Virus record (IMG/VR): IMGVR_UViG_2698536681_000004 | DNA from: a virus | Lineage: Duplodnaviria; Heunggongvirae; Uroviricota; Caudoviricetes | Reading direction: 5' to 3' (one strand) | DNA: 42,656 nucleotides | Shown here: one piece after another, positions 37,702-42,656 of the stretch | Layout: each line of letters opens with the position of its first letter | How positions within the stretch are numbered: the first letter of the stretch is position 1 | Position numbers and translations under genes: made by a program | Notes under the pieces: generated by a model | Told to the model about the DNA's origin: nothing | The model's database searches: none | The model's input: the letters and a program-made list of their open reading frames with translations, nothing else

Positions 37702-38639
37702 ACCTGTGAGAGTAATTCAGGGTTGGTATAAACCTCTTTAAAGGCCGCATTAATATGTTTTTCTGTCAGCGCCGCGCCTTCACCGCTGGCGGTGAGCCAC
37801 GCCTGGTTAAGCGTATGTGTCAGAACGCGTAACGCTCCCGGCTTTTCAGCGATAGCCTGCATGACGGCCAGCTCGGCCTCACCACTGATCCCCCACGCCA
37901 TGGCAATGGCCAGCACATCCGCCTTTTTGGCCTTGCGAAGTTGTTTTGTACGGGCAAGACGGCTGAACAGGCGCGATAAATCATCAAAGGCGCGGCGTCC
38001 ACCTTTAAACAATCCGCGCGGGTTACCAATAAGCACCATCCCGATCCCCGTGGCGTCCTGAATTGCCCGGAGTTGCTCCAGACCGTCAATACCAAGATGA
38101 TCCGCCTCATCCACAATCACCAGTCCACGCGTTCCCATCAGGCGACGGCGGATGGCGCGGGATAATGCCCCTTTGTTCGCGCGGGTGTAATCAATCCCCA
38201 GCGCATCGGCCAGCTCCAGCAGACACTCCGTGACGCTGGAGTGCGCGGGTGACAGGGTGATCATCCAGGTGTTTGGTTGCTCCTGGCAGTAATTACGGGC
38301 AGTGGCCGTTTTACCCACACCCGGTACGCCCACAATAACGTTAATACAGCCCATCAGGCGAACCGCCTGAAACAGTGCGCGCAGCTCCTGGACTGTCTGA
38401 GTTTCCACAAACTGCGGCGGTTCCGGCAGTGCGCTTTGTTTATTCCAGTTCTCATACCAGGAGCGCAGGGAAGCAGCCACAGCAGCGTTATCGCCTTTAT
38501 ATTTTCCCTTACGGAAAGCCGATAATGTGCCGTCGGAAATTCCCGCCTCTCTGGCGATGGCATACTGCGTCAGTACGCCGCCATCAATAAGTTCATCAAT
38601 GGTCTTGATTACATCGTTAATATCGGTCATATTATTCAC
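37698..38639 (-). CDS. B: Transposition ATPase B (MuB-like)
   Basis: N-terminal helix-turn-helix, Walker A GVPGVGKT, and position directly downstream of the transposase. Confidence 0.8.
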   Translation of the reverse strand: MNNMTDINDVIKTIDELIDGGVLTQYAIAREAGISDGTLSAFRKGKYKGDNAAVAASLRSWYENWNKQSALPEPPQFVETQTVQELRALFQAVRLMGCINVIVGVPGVGKTATARNYCQEQPNTWMITLSPAHSSVTECLLELADALGIDYTRANKGALSRAIRRRLMGTRGLVIVDEADHLGIDGLEQLRAIQDATGIGMVLIGNPRGLFKGGRRAFDDLSRLFSRLARTKQLRKAKKADVLAIAMAWGISGEAELAVMQAIAEKPGALRVLTHTLNQAWLTASGEGAALTEKHINAAFKEVYTNPELLSQV

Positions 38640-38712
38640 CTCGCTTGAGACAGCATTCTCCGAGACTGAAACCTCAAATAACCTGAGTCACCCCTCGGGT
38701 TATTTTTTTATT

Positions 38713-40800
38713 TCAGGCCAGCGGATCACTTTCTTTTAATTTCGCTTCGAGCAGTTGCAATCCCCGCTGGAAATTACGCTCGTATTCTTCATCAGGTTCA
38801 TCGTCAGCGACCGGTTGCTGAACGGTCACCGTATTACCCACAGGGCGGTATATGTTTTCCAGCCAGGGCTCCTGCGGCTTGTGCTCCAGCACGTTGACAA
38901 CCTCATCCTCGGCATCACGGATTTTTTCCTCTGCGCGTTTACGCATGCCTTTAAGGCGCTGCTGCTGTTTGTAGTATTCCGCGCTGACAGGGAAGGCTTC
39001 GCGTTTATTGCCGTCCCATACCGCCTCGCAAATCACGCTGCCATCCGGGCGGCGCACGGTAATTCGTTCGGCATCATGAATGTCATAGCTGATAAGTACC
39101 TTACGGCCATGCTCGTCACGCAGCTCGGGCGCGTAGTAAATATTATTCAGCCAGCGTATTTCACAGCGTCTTACAGGGCGCTCCACCATCGGCCGGAACA
39201 TATCCCGCAGTTCAACATCGGACAGCCATTCAATTTCCGTGTCCTCTTCCGCCAGGCGTTTTTTTCTGAACTCCGCCGGGCTGTAATGTTTACCGTTCGG
39301 CTTCATGGGTAATTCATCGTGCGGCCGGTTGTTGTACCACTCAACACCGTCACGAATGGCATCAATCAGTTCAGACCAGGACGGTAAATCACGCATCGCT
39401 GACTGCTGCCGGGCGTTCAGCCGTTTGCCCTGTTGCAGGGCACTGAATGCCGAGCGTAAATCGCGGTTGGTTTTACGTAACGTCTCGCGATCTGCTCCTT
39501 TCCCGAAATAGGTGCGGTATTTACGGGCTATGCGCATCGGTAATGTGCGGTTAAGCCGTTCGATAATGCCCCGTCCCTGCGGATTACCGGCAATCCCTGT
39601 CGGGTGATTAATCCCCAGTCGTGGCAGTATCCCCACAATCTCCTTATCCAGGACGTCGGCGGTTTCCCCGGAGCCATTATCCGAGTAATACAGAAACGGT
39701 TTGCCATGATGGCGAATACCGTGCTGTATGGCACCGGCTACGGCGAAAACATTTTCAGCCAGGTCAAGGCTCCAGCCCACCACAAAGCGCGTGCCACCGT
39801 CGATAACAAAGGTCACTTCCGGTGCGAATGGCCGCCCGTGAACCGGGTGCGCGCATTTCAGCTTCATGCCGTGACCGTCACCAATCCAGACATAATTCAC
39901 CGGCATTCTGGACCAGTCGCGGCGCGTGAATCCCTCAAGCTGACGGTATTCACTGCCAGTTACCCGGCCTTTTTGTTTCACCACTTCCGGCAGTTTCTTC
40001 ATTGCGCGGCGAATGGTGTCATAAGAGGGCATGATATCGAGCATATAAGGCTCATCAGCGTGCCGGTGCTGCCATTCAGCAACAAAATCCTCGTAAGCCT
40101 CGGTCATTGGTCGGCCGTTTGACTGGCGATACTGCGCCAGAAATTCGGGCAGCCAGTTAATATCTTCGGCTTTTATTTCCTGGCGTTTACCCGGTGCCAG
40201 TAAAAGCAGGCGTTCAGCGGCGTTCTGTGCCTTGTTAAAGGCCGCAATCCAGCGTTTCAGCGTGATTTCACTCAACGCGCGGCTGTTTCCCTTTTTGGCG
40301 TTCGCCGTCTCAACCATTGCCACAATGCGCTCGTCCAGTTGTGATCGTGCCAGGCTGTTAACGAGGAACCGGATAGCTTTAGCGCAGCTGAAACCGGGTT
40401 GTTGCGTGAATTTCAGCACCTCACTGACGATCGCAATGCGTGCGTCTGCCACCTGGCGCTGGTTTTCAGTCAGGGCATTGAGGCGTTCGACCATCAGTTG
40501 TGGTGATCCGCGATATGCCTCCACCGCATCAACCACGGCAGACGAGCGTCTGGCCTTTGTCACCACCGGAGCCGGTGATTCATCGGCTTTTTGCGTCATC
40601 AGTTGCAGGGCATAACGTTCGCGTAATGCCTGCTGTGTCACTTCAGGTAAACAGTCAATGCTGTATTCAAAACCTTTAGCGCCTTTCTTGCGGCGTCTGC
40701 TGGTTTCGCTGGTTGCATACTTCCTGATTGAATAGCGAACGCCTTGCTCCGTTCCCGGCATCCCCGGTAATCCAACCAGTTCTTTAACTGAAGCAAACAT
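38713..40800 (-). CDS. A: DDE transposase A (MuA-like)
   Basis: 695-aa product with N-terminal DNA-binding region and central integrase-like core; follows ner. Confidence 0.85.
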   Translation of the reverse strand: MFASVKELVGLPGMPGTEQGVRYSIRKYATSETSRRRKKGAKGFEYSIDCLPEVTQQALRERYALQLMTQKADESPAPVVTKARRSSAVVDAVEAYRGSPQLMVERLNALTENQRQVADARIAIVSEVLKFTQQPGFSCAKAIRFLVNSLARSQLDERIVAMVETANAKKGNSRALSEITLKRWIAAFNKAQNAAERLLLLAPGKRQEIKAEDINWLPEFLAQYRQSNGRPMTEAYEDFVAEWQHRHADEPYMLDIMPSYDTIRRAMKKLPEVVKQKGRVTGSEYRQLEGFTRRDWSRMPVNYVWIGDGHGMKLKCAHPVHGRPFAPEVTFVIDGGTRFVVGWSLDLAENVFAVAGAIQHGIRHHGKPFLYYSDNGSGETADVLDKEIVGILPRLGINHPTGIAGNPQGRGIIERLNRTLPMRIARKYRTYFGKGADRETLRKTNRDLRSAFSALQQGKRLNARQQSAMRDLPSWSELIDAIRDGVEWYNNRPHDELPMKPNGKHYSPAEFRKKRLAEEDTEIEWLSDVELRDMFRPMVERPVRRCEIRWLNNIYYAPELRDEHGRKVLISYDIHDAERITVRRPDGSVICEAVWDGNKREAFPVSAEYYKQQQRLKGMRKRAEEKIRDAEDEVVNVLEHKPQEPWLENIYRPVGNTVTVQQPVADDEPDEEYERNFQRGLQLLEAKLKESDPLA

Positions 40801-40802
40801 AA

Positions 40803-41033
40803 TTACGCGACCTTACGAATGTAGCGGCTGGGCCAAATCTCCTCGGGCGGCACCCCCAGGCATTCCGCGATAATCCCCTCATACTTGGGAACATGGCGGT
40901 ATACCGCGTTGTACAGATTGTTCTGACCCACGCCAGCTTTACGGGCCAGCGCCCTCATGCTTCCTTCTCTGGCTCTGACTTCCCCCAAAATTCTTTGAGG
41001 ATGCCAATCAGGCTTAACTTCATTTCTCGCCAT
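40803..41033 (-). CDS. ner: Ner-like DNA-binding regulator
   Basis: Translation ...VKPDWHPQRILGEVRAR..SMRALARKAGVGQNNLYNAV...EEIWPSRY parallels Mu Ner as recalled. Confidence 0.75.
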   Translation of the reverse strand: MARNEVKPDWHPQRILGEVRAREGSMRALARKAGVGQNNLYNAVYRHVPKYEGIIAECLGVPPEEIWPSRYIRKVA

Positions 41034-41218
41034 GATTCATCTATCCTAAAAAGTTACGAAATTTGATAACTAAACTTAGTTATCAAGTTTGATATAAGTA
41101 TTGATCCACTTCTGCTTCATGTAAAGCAAAAAAAACATCTTTCTTTTGTCTATTGTGGATCAATGGTTGCTGACAACACTAAAAGTTAATAATTTCAAAT
41201 TGATAGGAAGAAAAGAAA
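41034..41218. promoter_or_regulatory. Divergent early/repressor control region with operator-like palindromes
   Basis: Perfect palindrome TTGATAACTA AACT TAGTTATCAA (41063-41086) and inverted repeat ATTGATCCAC (41100-41109) / GTGGATCAAT (41155-41164), both arms of the second containing GATC. Confidence 0.5.
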
Positions 41219-41764
41219 ATGAACAAGCAAACAACAACATCTCTTTCTTTTCCTGGTGGTAGAAAAGAAAGCATTGCTGAGCGTCTGAAAAGGCTGATTG
41301 GCTCCCGCAGCGTCAGAGCTGCAGCAAGAGATTGGGGGCTTTCATTTTCAACACTAAACAATTATCTGTCTCGTGGCACTGAGCCATCCTTAAGTGTCGC
41401 CCTTCAGATTGCGTCTATCGAAGGAGTAAGTGTTGAGTGGCTATGTGGATTCAGTGATGCATCACAAGTGAATCGGTGTGAGATCAAGGAAAATCAAGAT
41501 GAAAGCAAGAAGATAATTATGACGATTATCAGCGCACTTGATGAAAAAGACTTAGAGCAGCTATCGAAAAATTTGGTTCTGAATGGAGCCAAGTACTTAG
41601 CTCGGTTGTTAGAGCCTGAAAATCAAGATCTAATCCGCTTAGAAGGAAGGAAAAGAATAGCTGCATTACAGCTTGAAGGTATGTCTGACGAACGCGTCAG
41701 AGAGATTTTGGAAGAAACTGAGAGAAGTCGCAAATCTAACGCGGTAGAACCAAAAGCGGGTTAA
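41219..41764 (+). CDS. c: Prophage repressor (c-like, helix-turn-helix)
   Basis: Divergent from ner across an operator-rich region; HTH-like segment WGLSFSTLNNYLSRGTEPSL; last gene before the prophage end. Confidence 0.6.
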   Translation: MNKQTTTSLSFPGGRKESIAERLKRLIGSRSVRAAARDWGLSFSTLNNYLSRGTEPSLSVALQIASIEGVSVEWLCGFSDASQVNRCEIKENQDESKKIIMTIISALDEKDLEQLSKNLVLNGAKYLARLLEPENQDLIRLEGRKRIAALQLEGMSDERVREILEETERSRKSNAVEPKAG

Positions 41765-41836
41765 TAGCATTAGCCCGCATTTTGCACTATATCGAGTATT
41801 TCGCATTGTTTGGAACGCCTTAAAAGACTAAAACCA

Positions 41837-42000
41837 CAGTATCAAATGAGTTGCCGATTTTATAATAAATGACTAATTATTGCACAATCGGTATCAAATA
41901 GACCTTATCCGCACATCTAGCCATCACCTGTTTTATTTCAGTATCTTACAGGTGATTTCACCTCCTTTCACTAAACCCCTTGTCGGTATCAAATGATTCA
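41837..42000. repeat. Prophage left end (attL-like): three spaced copies of the end motif in reverse complement, terminal CA at 42000
   Basis: CAGTATCAAATG (41837-41848), CGGTATCAAATA (41889-41900), CGGTATCAAATG (41985-41996); spread-out spacing contrasts with the compact set at the other end, as for Mu attL versus attR. Confidence 0.6.
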
Positions 42001-42321
42001 CCTGGTTATATGTCGCCAGTCGATACCTTCCAGCAGCATCGCCAGCTGCGCCTGTGTAAGGAACACTTTGCCATCACGGGCTGACGGCCAGGCGAAGCGC
42101 CCACGCTCCAGCCGTTTGGTCAGGAGGCACAGTCCGTCACTGGTGGACCACAGCAGTTTAACCTGACTGCCGCTGCGGCCCCGGAAAATGAAAACATGGC
42201 CGGACATGGGATCGTCTTTCAGCGCCGTCTGTACTTTCGCAGCCAGGCCGTTGAAGCCATTTCTCATATCGGTGATACCGGCAACCAGCCAAATTTTGAT
42301 CCCGGAAGGTAACGGGATCAT
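41998..42321 (-). CDS. tnpB: IS66-family accessory protein TnpB (orf2)
   Basis: Translation MIPLPSGIKIWLVAGITDMRNGFNGLAAKVQ...DGKVFLTQAQLAMLLEGIDWR matches IS66 Orf2; the C-terminus may be altered by the prophage junction. Confidence 0.8.
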   Translation of the reverse strand: MIPLPSGIKIWLVAGITDMRNGFNGLAAKVQTALKDDPMSGHVFIFRGRSGSQVKLLWSTSDGLCLLTKRLERGRFAWPSARDGKVFLTQAQLAMLLEGIDWRHITR

Positions 42322-42548
42322 CGCTTCAGTTCCTGTATCAGCAGAGTCAGGAGCTTTTCGCTGACATTGCCATTGAAGCGGAGCGTCCCGTGCCGGAACG
42401 TTACCTCACAGCTGATACTGAGGGTTTTCGGGTCCTCTGCGAGCGATTCTGGCTGTTCGGCAGCTGCATCGAGAGTCACAGGAAGTAGCTGGGGGCTCTC
42501 TGAAGAAGGTAATAGCTGAGGTGTACTGGCAATAGCGGACACTACCAT
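42318..42548 (-). CDS. tnpA: IS66-family TnpA (orf1), possibly 5'-truncated
   Basis: Overlaps tnpB start as in IS66 operons; ends ...TFRHGTLRFNGNVSEKLLTLLIQELKR; shorter than typical. Confidence 0.65.
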   Translation of the reverse strand: MVVSAIASTPQLLPSSESPQLLPVTLDAAAEQPESLAEDPKTLSISCEVTFRHGTLRFNGNVSEKLLTLLIQELKR

Positions 42549-42559
42549 TTGTTCTTTTT

Positions 42560-42656
42560 TTAAGCAGCCATCTGATGATATTTTTCCCTGAAGGCTGCCG
42601 GGGAGATATTCCCCAGACGAGAGTGACGACGCTGACGATTGTAGAAAATCTCAATG
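42560..42656 (-). CDS. IS3-family transposase (orfB) C-terminal end, partial at window edge
   Basis: Translation IEIFYNRQRRHSRLGNISPAAFREKYHQMAA then stop at 42560-42562 matches the conserved C-terminus of IS3-family OrfB. Confidence 0.65.
   Translation of the reverse strand, partial: IEIFYNRQRRHSRLGNISPAAFREKYHQMAA

Larger units (their letters stand above)
3316..42000 (-). mobile_element. Mu-like transposable prophage, approximately complete (boundaries approximate)
   Basis: Mu gene order on the minus strand: c repressor, ner, A, B, early genes, gam, gemA, mor, lysis, terminase, portal, F, G, I, T, sheath, tube, tape measure, baseplate, tail fibre, invertase, com, mom; triple transposase-site motifs at both ends in inverted orientation. 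Confidence 0.85.

Noticed and set aside
42406-42654. 82-aa minus-strand ORF at the window edge
   Set aside because: Overlaps IS66 tnpA and the IS3-family transposase C-terminus in other frames; those frames give recognisable proteins and this one does not
1-42656. CRISPR array, rRNA genes or integron-type structures
   Set aside because: No regularly spaced short direct repeats with unique spacers and no rRNA-like conserved stretches were seen on reading the sequence

Overview
Read by eye only, with no database searches; family calls rest on recalled motifs and gene order, so coordinates of starts and element ends are approximate. The window is dominated by a Mu-like transposable prophage of about 38.7 kb (roughly 3316-42000), lying in reverse orientation: repressor c, ner, transposase A and B at the right, then early genes, gam, gemA, mor, lysis, head and tail genes, tail fibre with a Gin/Pin invertase switch, and com-mom next to the left end. 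Both prophage ends carry three copies of a TTTGATACCG-like motif in inverted orientation. The prophage sits inside an IS66-family element (tnpA-tnpB on the right, a tnpC C-terminal fragment on the left); an IS3-family transposase fragment lies at the far right edge. Left of the IS66 remnant are a lambdoid side tail fibre and assembly gene and the 3' part of an ipaH effector gene, which suggests a Shigella or close E. coli chromosome. Between the invertase and com-mom is accessory cargo: a NanS-p-like SGNH esterase, two small ORFs, a divergent AT-rich ORF and a candidate small RNA. A 332-bp run of N (8392-8723) is an assembly gap that truncates the invertase 5' end and hides one boundary of the invertible tail-fibre segment. 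No CRISPR array, rRNA or convincing tRNA was seen. The best candidates for something undescribed are the invertase-to-mom cargo island and an AT-rich convergent module in the early region, but novelty cannot be established without searches.
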